Positions 11,216-23,890 of a DNA stretch of 64,000 nt are shown here, in pieces. Position 1 is the stretch's first letter. Every line of letters begins with the position of its first letter. The notes under the pieces were generated by a model. The model saw only the letters and a program-made list of their open reading frames with translations. It had not been told where the DNA came from and did no database searches. Source of the stretch: Podarcis bocagei (lineage: Eukaryota); assembly GCA_964188305.1 (NCBI GenBank), contig OZ076888.1; one strand, given 5' to 3'. Made by a program: the position numbers and the translations under genes.

Positions 11216-11820
11216 TGCCATGTGGACTAAGGAGTGGTGGGAGGTACCAGCTGGAGAACCTGCAAGGAAGCCCTGAGGGAAAGAAGGGTCAGAGCTCAGG
11301 CATGGTGGTGGCATGACGATGCGTGGTCAGAGAGAGAAGAGGGGGCAGACTGGGAGGAGGAGATGGCAGAAGCTGAAGAGGCAACAGGCTTTAGTGAGCA
11401 GGAAGAGGCTGGGACAGAGAGCAGTCCAGGTTCAGAGTCAGAAGAGGAGGCTGAAGGGGAGGTAGCCAAGAAGCAGAGATGAAACAGGCTGCTGAAGAAT
11501 CGAGGGAGTCTACCCCTCCTGCTGCGACCAGCTCCACTCCCTGTGATTTCCCAGAACCTGCAGAGGTATGAAGAGGGCAAGCAGAGACAGACAAGGCAAA
11601 GATCTCTCAGGTTGCTTGGGAAGGACCCAAGAGTGAAGGAGACTTAGGGAGTTGTGGGGAAGTGGGGACTTTCAATCCTTGCAACAACCTCACTGGGGCA
11701 GGATCTTCAAGGAAGTGTTGTTATGCTCACCAGGCCAGGCTTCCTGAGTTGCTTGTTTCTTTGAATAATGAGTTAGCTTCACTGACACTGGCAGTATTTA
11801 TTGGCGACCTACTCCTGACA
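11216..11820 (+). mobile_element. Solo LTR (Gypsy-like)
   Basis: TG...TGACA termini. 5-bp TSD CTCAG (11211-11215) / TTCAG (11821-11825). Purine-rich body. Interrupts a SINE head. Confidence 0.7.
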
Positions 11821-11950
11821 TTCAGCAGCAGAGCAACATGCTTTGAATGGGAAAGGTCCCGTGTCCAGCCACTTGCTTCTGCAGGTAGGGCTGGGCATGA
11901 CCTCTGCCTGACAGCTTGCAGGGCCACTGCAATGTAGACCACTGCTAGGA
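11821..11950 (+). mobile_element. Old tRNA-Ala-headed SINE, split by the solo LTR (first part about 11200-11215)
   Basis: TATCTCAG|...|CAGCAGAGCAACATGCTTTGAATG..AAGGTCCC...GGTAGGGCTGGG matches the family at 46714-46893 and 31895-32073. Confidence 0.6.
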
Positions 11951-12439
11951 AACCTCCAACTTGCAGGCCCGATTAGGCCCAAGACCTTCACATTTGGCCT
12001 GTGAGGTACACACCTGTACACCCCCTGCTGTCGTATGATGTCAGGCCCTGGATTAGCAAAGCCATGGTGCCGATCCCCAAAGGAAGAATCGGGAACACGC
12101 TAAGGGCACTCCTGCCGCTTTAATTCAGTGCTTTTCACATAGCCCTGCCTACTGACCAGGAAAGAAACCAAATGCACTCCCAAGTCTTCCTTTGCGGCCA
12201 TGGCTTTAAATGTGAATCACCTGGTGTCGTATGATGTCAGGGGATTAGCATGTGTGTGGTCCTGCCCAATGTCAAAGAGGCCCACCCCTGGCATTGGCAG
12301 TACTGCGCTGGCTAGACCAAAGGAGTAATTTGGCAGAAGGATGTGTTTCTGGATATTTGAACTCATGCCTGAATCCCATGCCCTGTGTGCACAGTGCTTG
12401 TGGTTACAAACGGGGTATGTAAGAAGCAACTATGATACA

Positions 12440-13060
12440 AACACTTTGAATATGCTAATTGCCACGTTGCTCTGTAGGGATTAACCTCTTGCGCCCTGGA
12501 ATAATAGGCGATTCCAATCTGTGAAGCTGAATGCTGGCTGAGGATTGAATGGCCATTCATGTCTGCGCCGCGATGATACGAAATTCATTTCCAAAGCTTC
12601 TTGAGGATACAAGTACTATTCTCTGAAATTTTCCCAGTAAAGTAAAATCCTCCTAAAATGATTAGCTTTCCGATTAATAACCTTGTAATCATTTCACACG
12701 GAAAGGGATTACAATTGCAAGCCTCATCCTCTACTATATTATTTACCTTAAAAAAATATATAAAAAAGCTCGGCTTTAATTATGCTGGATATTATTGCCC
12801 CTCATTTTCAGGGTTGTTAATTTGTTTCATCAAATTAAGTCCCCATAATAAGTAAGGAGCAGAAAAAGTTTATCTATATTGCTTGTAGTTTATCTATGCT
12901 GCTCACTTAAATGCAGCATATGTTAAATGTTTCAAAGACTTGACACCTCTGCTTTAGTTTTGCTGCTCTGCCTTCCAATCAGGTGTTGATCATCTACTTT
13001 TAATACACTGGAGCACATCTAAGCCACGGCTGGAACCTTTAATGCTAAATTTTATGTAAA
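12440..13060. promoter_or_regulatory. Candidate conserved non-coding element
   Basis: TE-free. About 10 CpGs in 12461-12780. TAAT and GGATTA cores. Not verified by alignment. Confidence 0.35.
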
Positions 13061-13547
13061 CAACTAACCCGCAGAAGGGTTATGTTCACCATTTGTGGGA
13101 GAAATAGTGTGCTGGGATATTGAATTTCAAAGCTAGCTGGATTTCCAGCAGATGTGTTTGATGTCTGTCAAACCCTTTGCACTGCTTCAGTAGAACAGCA
13201 TTCATTAACGTAAATGCCATGCAGTAAAAAGTGCTTTTCAGTGCACATTTAATATGTAGCATGTCTGGCTGCATTTTAGCATTAGGGCAATCTATCCTAG
13301 TATTCAAAGCCATTTCAGCTGGTGATACTGTCCATGATAAGACCCCACCCCACACCCCCATGGCCCTAAACAACCGCTGAGCCAGCAGTTCTCATAAATA
13401 TTCTTTAAAAAAATAAAAAAACCAAAGATTATTCTTTTCGTAACCTCCCTTCCTCATATTCTCTGAATGCTCTTCTCTTTTTATTTTCTGTGCCCATCTT
13501 GCCATAGCATGAGGCCAATGTCATGCCAAATTCTAAACTGATGCCAG

Positions 13548-13645
13548 AAACTGTATTTTAATATTCTGCTGGAAGCCGCCCAGAGTGGCTGGGGAAACCC
13601 AGCCAGATGGGTGGGGTATAAATAATAATAATTAATAAATTATTA
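13548..13645 (+). mobile_element. LINE (L2-like) 3' end remnant
   Basis: GCCGCCCAGAGTGGCTGGGGAAACCCAGCCAGATGGG.GGGGTATAAATAATAA. Same tail recurs at 24975-25135 and (minus strand) at 35630-35716. Confidence 0.7.
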
Positions 13646-13654
13646 TCTGAATCC

Positions 13655-14370
13655 CCAGGGGATGAACCAGTCACCCCATGAGTCAAGGACCTTGAGGAGC
13701 AGGCAGGACCTCTATATCCAATACAGTCATACCTTGGGTTAAATGTGCTTCAGGCTGAGCATTTTCAGGTTACGCTCCATGGCAACCCGGAAGTAATGGA
13801 GTGTGTTACTTCTGGGTTTCGCCACTCACGCATGCGCGGGTGTTCAAAATGATGTCACGCGCATGCGCAGAAGCGGCAAATTGCGACCCACGCAGACGCG
13901 GGTTGCGTTCGCTTCAGGATGCGAACGGGGCTCCGGAACGGATCCCGTTTGCATCCAGAGGTACCATTGTACTGAGGGTCCCCTTGAGGGGACCTCTGGG
14001 TTCACACCTGATGAAGGACCCCTGGAGCTGTCAGAGGAGGTGGTGGAGGAGCCCCCAGTCCTTGAGAACAGCAGCGCTAAAAGCTCCCAGTACAGGCCAA
14101 AGAGTGATGGCACAGTATGTGTGTTCGGACCCAGAATTGTCAGTCCACTTGTGATTTGGGGGTCTACTTATGAGTTAGCAAATCCTAACAGTCTTTCACT
14201 AACCAGCAGCTGTAGTTGGGGTGCAGTTTAGGCAGCCAGTGTATATATAAGCCTTCCAGTTGCTGAAAACAGCACTGGTTTTTGGCTTCTTGTTCTAGCT
14301 CTGATGGCTTGCTGAACTTCTTGCGATAGGGACCTTGGACTGCTTCCTAACCTTGTTGGAACTTGGAGAG
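13655..14370 (+). mobile_element. Possible LTR remnant hosting the MITE at 13724-13969
   Basis: GA-rich body, TATATATAAG at about 14241-14251, then an R/U5-like segment. Termini and TSD not resolved. Confidence 0.35.
13724..13969. mobile_element. Tigger/pogo-like MITE, related subfamily with CpG-rich interior
   Basis: Degenerate TIRs CAGTCATACCTTGG / CCAGAGGTACCATTG. TA flanks. CTTCAGG(T/A) subterminal repeats shared with the 230-bp family. Confidence 0.8.
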
Positions 14371-14498
14371 CTAACTAACCCTTGAAAATATAGGGCTTTT
14401 GTACTAATTTTAGCTAACACATTCCAATGGGGAAGGGAAGGGGGCTCTGAGATAAGCAGTTCCTATAATTCCAATATTCCTGTTGTTTCTTCCTAGAG

Positions 14499-14736
14499 AA
14501 TGCGTAGGCAAACTAAGGCCCATGGTCCGGATCCGGCCCAATCGCCTTCTAAATCCGGCCCACAGACGGTCCGGGAATCAGCACGTTTTTACACGAGTAG
14601 AATGTGTCCTTTTATTTAAAATGCATTTCTGGGCTATTTGTGGGACATAGGTATTCATTCTTCTTTTTTCCAAAATATAGTCCGGCCCCCCACAAGGGGG
14701 ACAGTGGACCGGCCCCCTGCTGAAAAAGTTTGCTGA
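14499..14736. mobile_element. hAT-Charlie-like MITE, termini eroded
   Basis: GCAAACT / AGTTTGC terminal remnants and repeated CGGCCC subterminal motifs. Confidence 0.65.
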
Positions 14737-15797
14737 ATAGCTTCCTGCCTATTTCCCATTCTATTTACAGTATTCTGCTAAATTAAAAGTTGAAGGAATA
14801 TAATCCTAGTGATCAGTGACTAAACTGGTTATCTTTGTTTGCTTTGTTTCGTAAAGTTGTCTTACCATTTTATCTGTGCAGCAACCATTCCTTAGCAGGA
14901 GGCGTTGATTAGATTTTCTGGGTAACTAGATTACAGAGGTGGGGGCTGCTTTGTTTTCAGCACCAACGTGCCCTCTCCAGGGCACTAGCCCATCCACTGT
15001 GGATTACTTGTGCTGATCTTTATACAAGGTATTAGAAGCTCAGGGCATTTCTTCAATGCCTTCCAGGACAGTTTTAAGACAAGACTGGTACCAGAGTAAA
15101 AAAAAAGTTCATAATGGGGATCTCATGTCATATTAAGTTATGCCAACCTTTTTAACTCATGCCATGATCTATAGTAATAAGACACAGAAAAAGTTCAGAT
15201 TGACACACACCTGTTCACAATCGTACCAGATGCACATTTAAGGCAAGGAGCTCTTCCTCCAACTGGAAAAAGATTGTAAAAACAAAACAAAAAATGTATT
15301 TAATTGTTTCCAGAAAGTACAGCCTGAGATAGGTTGGCAGGAATGGTGATCCAATGATGAAAAGTGCCACATTCATAACAGTTGGTCTGTCCAGGTGTAT
15401 TTTTTTTTTACTTTTTACTGAATTATATGCATTATTTTTTTTTTACTTATTTATTTAGAAGATTTCTAAACCACTTGATCAAGGCTCTCTAAATGGTGTG
15501 CAAATAAAACTGTAAATAAAGCACTACTAAAACACACAAAGCAGTTAAAAACTAATATACATAGATGCTTCCAGCATTTTGTTTGAGGAGCTTTTCCTAA
15601 CCCCCCCTACATTATTTTAGATTGAATTTATTTAATGTTGCCCTCGTTGTTCAATTGGCAGACCACCAAACAAAAGGGAGAAGAAAGCAGTAGAGAGTGA
15701 AATCTCAGTGTACACCAGGACTTCTCAACAGCTAGAAATGATCCATTCTTTCCACTATCCACCTCTGCGCCAGCATTCGTAAATCAAGCATGCTTAT

Positions 15798-15997
15798 NNN
15801 NNNNNNNNNNNNNNNNNNNNNNNNNNNNNNNNNNNNNNNNNNNNNNNNNNNNNNNNNNNNNNNNNNNNNNNNNNNNNNNNNNNNNNNNNNNNNNNNNNNN
15901 NNNNNNNNNNNNNNNNNNNNNNNNNNNNNNNNNNNNNNNNNNNNNNNNNNNNNNNNNNNNNNNNNNNNNNNNNNNNNNNNNNNNNNNNNNNNNNNNN
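15798..15997. other. Assembly gap (200 N)
   Basis: Run of exactly 200 N, probably a fixed-size scaffold join. Confidence 0.98.
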
Positions 15998-16304
15998 TTC
16001 CAAATTGTTTTAAAATGTTGAAAATATATATATATAGGCTTTCATCATATTGAGGAAAGGAAGAAGGTTCAGCAGAATCCTCTGTCACACTCTGGTCTAG
16101 TCTACCACTGACAAGTGGAAGAATCCCTGAAGTAACTCTATTGCCCAGAAAACATGGTCCCACCACTAAGCCCTTCCTGATCAAGGAAGTAGAAGATTGG
16201 GTTAGTATCTGGACTAATTCTTGTTAAAAGGAGGATGCTTATCAAACAATGTGGCATTGATTAATGCTAGCTGACTGTGTATATTATGTAGTGATTTATT
16301 AATT

Positions 16305-16651
16305 TTGTTGTCGTTTAGTCGTGTCCGACTCTTCGTGACCCCATGGACCAGAGCACGCCAGGCACTCCTGTCTTCCACTGCCTCCCTCAGTTTGGTCAAA
16401 CTCATGCTGGTAGCTTCGAGAACACTATCCAACCATTTCATCCTCTTTCGTCCCCTTCTCCTTGTGCCTTCCATCTTTCCAAACATCAGGGTCTTTTCCA
16501 GGGAGTCTTCTCTTCTCATGAGGTGGCCAAAGTATTGGAGCCTCAGGTTCACGATCTGTCCTTCCAGTGAGCACTCAGGGCTGATTTCCTTAAGAGTGGA
16601 TAGGTTTGATCTTCTTGCAGTCCATGGGACTCTCAAGAGTCTCCTCCAGCA
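16305..16651 (-). mobile_element. RTE-BovB LINE 3' fragment
   Basis: Minus-strand translation RVPWTARRSN...LQYFGHLMRREDSLEKTLM... Near-identical to 2654-3121. Short (CAA) tail. Confidence 0.95.
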
Positions 16652-16672
16652 GCACTATTGATATTTGAAATG

Positions 16673-16706
16673 GATTATATTATATTATATTATATTATAT
16701 TATATT
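16673..16706. repeat. (ATTAT)n microsatellite
   Basis: Direct read. Confidence 0.85.
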
Positions 16707-17723
16707 AGTTCTTCGTCTCATGTATTGTGAGCTGCTTGTGGGAAAGTGGCATATAAATAAACTAACGAGTAATGAATGAATTGTAGGAAAAGGTTTCCTA
16801 ATAGCTAAGAATAAATCTCCATCTTTGGAATGAGATACCCATCACAACATGGAAATATCCCTCCAGCTAAGGAGAGAGAAAAAACAACTTTCCATTTGAT
16901 TGGACAAAAATAACAAAAAAACAAGTAGAGTGAGTTAGATGAGAATTGTAGTTGGGGTTAGCTAAACTCAGCTGCAACTTTTTGGGAGTTGTATCTACTC
17001 TCTGGGAATCTGCTAGAACACCCACAGATTTGCTATTACTGAATAAGTACCTATTTGTTTCCACTATTCTCTTCTTATAAAGCAAACCTACTATGAAGAC
17101 CCTACAAGTCTGTTGTTCTCTCTCATAAAAAATGTAAAGCTCAGCACTTAGAAGGGGGGAATGTGTTAAAGTGAAGTGAAATTCCTTTTTCCATTCAGCA
17201 ACAATCTGCCCCAGCCAGGTATCAAAAGTTTAGCAAGTACTTGTTGGGAATATACTCGTAGCAAATAATAGGAAAAACATTCCAAATATGATTAAAATGA
17301 ATGCATTTATTTTAAAAGCCTCATCCAGAGAAGCAGCATTAAATTACTTTGATGCACTAACGCAGAATTACTTGGGACTTAGATATGGGATATAAGCTCA
17401 GTTACCATAACTTAGTATTCACAGTACATAATTTTAGTTGATCACAGTCTAACCAAATGTATATTTAATCTTAATCCTTTAGCTGCCTTGGGTAGCTGGC
17501 AAATTGATAAAACAAGATCTAGAGACAAATTACAGAATTGTGTTCCTGGAAAATAGGTTTCCATATATTAAAAAGCTAGTGAAATCACTGGAGTTGATTT
17601 TGTTATGCATATTATTTAATGGTCAATAATGGGTTTAAAAGAGTGCTACCTTTATGGGCTTATTATACACTTGAATGGAAGCATCTAAGGAGAAACTGAA
17701 ACTGGAAAGAAGATGGAACTTTT

Positions 17724-17950
17724 GTTTGAAAGCACGTCAAAGTGCAAGTAGATAAATAGGTACCACTCCAGCGGGAAGGTAAACGGTGTTTCCGTGCGCT
17801 GCTCTGGTTCGCCAGAAGCGGCTTAGTCATGCTGGGCACATGACCCGGAAGCTGTACACCGGCTCCCTCAGCCAATAAAGCGAGATGAGCACCGCAACCC
17901 CAGAGTCGGTCATGACTGGACCTAATGGTCAGGGGTCCCTTTACCTTTTT
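17724..17950 (+). mobile_element. Sauria SINE, 5'-truncated
   Basis: GTGCAAGTAGATAAATAGGTACC...GGGAAGGTAAACGG...GTCATGCTGG.CACATGACC...TTTACCTTT tail. Confidence 0.9.
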
Positions 17951-18130
17951 AAGTCATGTTGAAATCAGTTGGGCAGGTAAAATGATAACATTTCACAATT
18001 TATTTATTAAAAAAAAAAAGGTACTAGGAGCATGCAAGCCCCTGGATTTATCAAGGTTCTCCAGGCAGGCTTTAAACCAGAATCCCTGACCAGAATCTGG
18101 TCTAACATACCTCACTGGAACTATTTATTT

Positions 18131-18310
18131 AGAATCATAGAACTCTATGGTAGGGCTGGAAGGGGTATTGAAGACCACCTACTTCAATCCCTTACTCAAT
18201 GAAGGATCTACAATGCTGGGTGAAACTGAAGCATCCCTGGCAGATGGACATCCTGCCTCTGCTTAAATACCTCCAGAGCCCACCATTTCCTGAAGCAATC
18301 TGTCCAGATT
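18131..18310 (-). mobile_element. CR1 LINE 3' remnant
   Basis: AGAATCATAGAA is the reverse complement of the CR1 (ATTCTATG)n tail, followed by CR1-like 3' sequence. Confidence 0.6.
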
Positions 18311-21156
18311 TCTACTATGCTAAGCTGAAAATGTGCTTCCTTGCCATTGGCTCCTTGTATCCATTGGTCCCTGACCTACCCCTCTTGTTCAAGGGTTGCC
18401 AGTGTGGCCCATGAGGCCTTCTCTGGTGCTCACAGTGTCCCCTCCATTGCCTCTCATCTACTGAAGCTCAGAAATGAACAGCAGCTCACAAAGAGGTAGC
18501 GCTGGAGTTAAATATAGTTCACAAGAACAAAGAAGAGTCATTTACTCATATACTGATAATATCCCTTGAGGGATAAGAATGTGCCAAAGTGTGAGAAATA
18601 TAAATTCTCTACAAAATAAAAATGTGCCCTAACTCTACCAGCTGTCTCCTCAGCCTGTGAAGCAAGACACTTTCTGCTACAGTTCCTATAATTCCTATTT
18701 CAATTGGGGTTTTTTAAAAAAATATAATGCAAATGAGCTTGCGCCACCTGAGGTGAGACTAATTAAAATGTTAAATGTGACTTTAAGTGTGGTGTCTTCT
18801 ACTACTTCATCATGTTACATATTACAACCATCACTCGCTTAACTCAAAGCTGTCTTCCCGCTGGTTAACAGCCATCTGTAGTAACAGAGACAGAACTTTA
18901 TGAGCCCATGAGTAGAATCTGAGCTGCATTTAGCAATGATTAATGAGTATCATTTCTATTGAAAAGGGGGTGAGGGATGCAAAGAAGATTATCTTTGAAG
19001 AATGTTAAAAATGGCAATGTCAGTGAGGAAAACAACATGGCCAGAATTTCTTGGTGATAAAGTGCCAATCCTTCTGAAGCCTTTCACTGTGACTTTTTGG
19101 GACTGACAGCTTTTGGGTACTAAGGGGCTTGCAGAGTAAATATGCCTGGCATTTACTTGAGCAGAGACAAGATTCACATCAACTCAAAGGAGGCTGTGTA
19201 AAAAAATTAAAATAATTAAAGGTCCTCAGGAAATTCCAGGCTATATCAAATAGCTTGTTGTATACAATTTGGCTGCTATTTATAGCACATGAATTGATTG
19301 CGAGTGAGAATTATTCCAATTATCAATTAAATAGCACTTTGGGGTACAAAATCTATACCATTGTTTTGTGTATTTGTGAGCAATTGTTTCCATTCTAAAG
19401 TTGGGGGAACTGGAACTTAGAAATACTAGGCATTTGGGTGGACAGTTACACATTCCCAAACAAGAGGAAGTGCATTATGTGAAAGGATAGCAAAAGATGA
19501 CACATAATTGCATATGTGGATAGAAGCAAATTTTGAAATAATGAGTACTCTAATTTAAATATCAGTACAATGCATCTCACCATATTGGGGGAAACTGACC
19601 AATTGAATCTGCTGTCCAAGATGCTAACTATTTATGGGCAACTTCAAGGCTTCATACATTTCTTTATTTTTAAATGAAATGTGGATTGGAGAGTCAATCA
19701 ATCAACTTTGCTGCAGTTTAGATACCTTCAAATTGACCAGTAAAAACAATCCAAGATTTGGGATACACTGAACACAACATAAATGCAAAAGATCTACACA
19801 CCATTGCTCTTGACACATAGCACTTCTCAGTGTGATTTGGATAAACTTCCCTTGTATTTATAGTGACAAATAATGTTTGCCATTTTTAATGTCATCTAGT
19901 TATTCATATCAGTCAATAGGAAAGATACAGAAAATATTGAAAGAGTGTCCCCCTGTAAGGAGTTAATAAGAGGGGATAAATAGCTGCCATAAATCCTTCT
20001 ACAATATGCAGACTGAATGGTGCATGTACCACCAGTTCAACCACCAAAGGACCACAAGGATGAATCGATCACCCCATGGCAGTCCTCTGAAACGCACATC
20101 CACTGCAGCTGATGGAAATACATGTAGCCAATCCAGAATAAAAGATCTACAATATTTAGGAACTATGTAAGTCCATAAGTTATTTAGCTGCTGGTAAATA
20201 GAGAACTGCCATCTGACAGCCCTTCAAATACACAATGGCCCTCTGTAAAGTAGAGCGTGTGGTGACCTTGCTCAGGTAGAAGAGATCTGAATCAATACTC
20301 CAGTGCATGTGATGTCAAGTTTTCTGTCTATAATTCACTATATAGTCCACTATAATTCTCTATATCTAAACTTCTCGGCAATATAAATGGTTCATCGGTT
20401 ACCCATGTACTATGCACAACACTCATATATAGCAAATGGCTGGCCACCCCTGGTCACGGGTCAGATGCTGCCATTTGTTAAGTACTAAACATATGAGATT
20501 TACGCATTATATAATTGGTACTACACACTCTCCTGCTCGTGTGTGGCCAGTTCTGGGTCTTTGCTTTGCCATCCAAATTTACAGTGTAGCAGTAATATTT
20601 TTGTACAAGCTGTCAGGTCTCATGCTTGCATAGGTCTATGGGAAAATATCACAACCTATTATTCAGAGGGAGCAATAGGTTCTCCTCGGCAGACAAACCA
20701 CTTTGTGTTAGGGCTTTTTTCCTTTTTCTAAAATATTTCAGCACCAACACTGCACTTCCCCATTGAAGGAGGCTATGTCACCGTGGGGTTTAAAGTATAA
20801 TGCATCTTCTCATCTGGCAAACCAGCAAGAGGAGAATCGCACCCCAGGTGGTGCCATCGGTTGCCTTCTTTACCATAACTGCCTCAGACCATCCAAGTGT
20901 GGCCCACCCCACTCTTTTGGTAAAGGCTTTGTCAAGAAAGGTGGGAGAGTTAAGGGGTGGAGGGACTTCTGACCCCATACAGACCCTTAAATTCACCTCA
21001 GAGTAGCTGTGCTTTCTGTATCATTCTAACAAGTGAAAAGGAGCGTTTTGCCACATGTAAGGCTTGGTACTCATTTTAGGTAAATTCAAATTAAGTTAAT
21101 TCAATGTAGCCACTACTGCGTTAGCACCACAATGCACTCAGTCCCATCACGTGGGG

Positions 21157-21561
21157 CAGCGATGTCCAATTGGTCGACCACGATCGACAGGTAGATCCCC
21201 ATGTGAATGAATGTCTCTGCCACCTGCCCCCTCGCTCTGTCCCTCTGTCACGTCCAATGGGAAGTTGTTTGTCATCTAGTGCTGGCAGTTGGGGATACGG
21301 TAGCTGGCTTTAGTGATGCCTTCATGTTTTAGTGGCAGGTTTTTAGGTGAGCGATTTATGTCATTCCCCCATAAAAAAACTGAACAACTCTTGGGAATCC
21401 TCTCCCAAAATAGGTGACCAACTCTTGGCTCTCCCCCCTAAAAAAAAGTTCAACTATTGGCAATCATCCCCTCCTGCCCACCCCAATGTCAATGGGTAGA
21501 TCACTGACTTTTTTTATATACTGGGAGTAGATCGCAGTCTCTTGGGAGTTGGACGTGCCTG
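21157..21561. mobile_element. hAT MITE (GTAGATC family)
   Basis: Ends CAGCGATGTCCAA / TTGGACGTGCCTG. Imperfect TSD ACGTGGGG / ATGTAGGG. 3' subterminus shared with 23319-23563. Confidence 0.75.
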
Positions 21562-21670
21562 ATGTAGGGCATCCAAAAGTCAAGTGAGCAGCACTGCATC
21601 TGCTACTGAACTAGGGGCATCCCGTTTGGCTGCACTGAATGAAATTCCCAAGCTAGTGCCGTCCAGATGT

Positions 21671-21918
21671 GCCAGAGTGGTGTAGTGGTTAAGAGCAGTA
21701 GACTCGTAATCTGGGGAACTGAGTTCGCTCCTCTGCTCCTCCACGTGCAGCTGCTGGGTGACCTTGGGCTAGTCACACTTCTTTGAAGTCTCTCAGCCCC
21801 ACTCACCTCACAGAGTGTTTGTTGTGGGGGAGGAAGGGAAAAGAGAATGTTAGCCATTTTGAGACTCCTTCAGGTAGTGATAAAGCGGGATATCAAATCC
21901 AAACTCTTCTTCTTCTTC
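21671..21918 (+). mobile_element. MIR/CORE-derived squamate SINE (Squam3-like) with (CTT)n tail
   Basis: tRNA-like head TGGTGTAGTGGTTAAGAGC...GAGTTCG, CORE motif GGGTGACCTTGGGCTAGTCAC, (CTT)n tail. Inserted into a degenerate palindromic MITE. Confidence 0.85.
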
Positions 21919-23228
21919 AACAATCCCCATCATACCTGATCAATAGCCATGTTGGCTGCGACTGGTGGGAGTTCTAGTTCCAAATATCTGAAGGGCACCA
22001 TCTTGGGGAAGGTAACTCTAGCTCTATTGAACACAAGCTCATTTCATGACCAGTATGATGATACTTATTTCAATAGCATTCCATATTTGATAGTCCACAA
22101 AAGAACAGAATGAAAGCTCTGCTCCAAAAGACTTACAACGGCAGCAAACTGCCAGGCTATTCATTTTATGCTGGAATACATGTATTGCGGTAACTAGCCT
22201 TTTAAGTTTGGGGCAATTAATAAGATCCTGAATAAACAAAGAATACATTTTCAAAAATCCCAACAAAGGAAAAACTTTGTTCCTTTTAATCCACTTGGAT
22301 ACAAGTACTTTTTTAAAAAAGAAAGAAAGAAAAGGATGTAGCTTGACTTTCTGTATTCTTTAGAGGGCATTTTATCGGAGAATTAAATATTTCACTTTCT
22401 TAATGCTCGTGGTTTTTATATTTGGATTTACTAAAGAGAGGCATACATTAAAGATAATGAAGAGGCATTGCCATTTCAAACCACTACATTTTCAATGCTA
22501 TTCTATTGCAGTCACCGTCGCTCTGGAGAATGACAGCTATTAGACTGCAGGTGTGAATATAATAGAGCCTTCTCTGAAGATAACATTAAGGGTGCAAAAA
22601 AAAAAGTTGTTGTAAAACTTCACCTCTTTTGTCTTCTATTGTGTGGTTGCCATTCAAAAGAATCCATAATTGGCTAAATTCTACCCAAAGTGCCACTCAT
22701 CTAGTGTGGCACAAACCTCCTTGGGAAAGATGCTTTTGCCCAGGAGTGATCTCTATAGAGAGCTTTGGAAAGCCACAGAAGCGTGTCATTATTTCAAGTA
22801 TGTGTTTTATTTGTGATCTAATCAAGGCTGTGCATCTCAAAACTCTATAAATTAACACACTTATTAGGCTCATGAATAGCTACAGGCTGCCTGACACATT
22901 CACTGAAATTTCTCCATTTAAATGTAAATGTCGCCAGCCCAGTTGAGATTTGACTGAATTTCTCTACAGAATAAGGGACAGAAAAGACGAGACATTAAAA
23001 AGTGAGGGGGGGACCCACAAAGGTCAAATATATGCATAAAAATTAAAAGAGGAAAAGGCTGTTTTGGACAGCCTAAAGTTACTGCATGAATATTAGATCT
23101 GCCTCAAAGCTGGGAAATGACAGGACTCCCTGATGGTCCACAAGCTCTTCTCTTTCATAGGATAACATTCCTCTTAACAGGCCACCCAGCTTTCAGGCAC
23201 TTAGCAAACTATGGACTGGATCTATAGC

Positions 23229-23890
23229 TAGAGATGGGAGAGGAGGATTAAATTGTAATATCACACATTACATTTAAAGGCGAAGCTATCTAATTATCCA
23301 TTTCCCAAAACTATAAATCAGGCATGTCCAACAGGTAGATCGTGATCTACTGGTAGATCACTGGACGTCCGTGGTAGATCACTGGTAGATCATTGGCTCC
23401 TCCCAAAGAAGCTGAACAACTGTGGCTCCCCTAAAAAAAGCTCAGCATTCTACCTCCTCCCTGAAAAACTCAACAACTTTGACCTGAACCCCCCAAAAGG
23501 GGATCACTGCCAGTTTTTAACTCTGTGAGTAAATCGCAGTCTCTTGGGAATTGGCCACCCCTGCTATACATGAACCGAAGCACAGCCATCCTTTGACATT
23601 CACACTGAATTTTGTTGTGCAGTTCTCCAGCCCAAGTAACATGTACAAAAATGCATATACTATGCCAAAATGTGCATAAAAATACGTATTTTGGTGAAAA
23701 TAACATGTGAAAAGGAATGAGGCTAGGGAGCATAGTTTTGTGTGAATTTGGTGAAATTGCATGCAAATGTGTATGTAAGGGAAAAAATACTGATTAAATT
23801 TTATGACGATTTTTAAGTTGCAAACTGAATTTAAGACTGGAAAGATTAGAAACCGGGAGAAAATGAAATTGACAGATTTGTCCCTCCTTA
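23229..23890 (+). mobile_element. Old hAT-Ac-like non-autonomous element (TAGGGATG-type ends)
   Basis: Shares body (CATTTAAAGG...GAAATTGACAGATTTG) with 31339-31848, 54336-54749 and 59544-59891. Confidence 0.55.
23319..23563. mobile_element. hAT MITE nested in the Ac-like element
   Basis: Ends CAGGCATGTCCAA / TTGGCCACCCCTG. TSD CTATAAAT / CTATACAT. GGTAGATCA repeats. Confidence 0.85.

Noticed and set aside
11234-11482. Acidic 82-aa ORF as an exon
   Set aside because: Lies within a TG..CA, TSD-flanked solo LTR; the Glu-richness reflects GA-rich composition.
12029-12250. 17-bp direct repeat TGTCGTATGATGTCAGG, 196 bp apart
   Set aside because: Sits in what looks like an eroded GGCCC-rich MITE, so probably an internal TE repeat. 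Boundaries could not be fixed.
15732-16184. ORFs spanning the N run
   Set aside because: Artefacts of the assembly gap.
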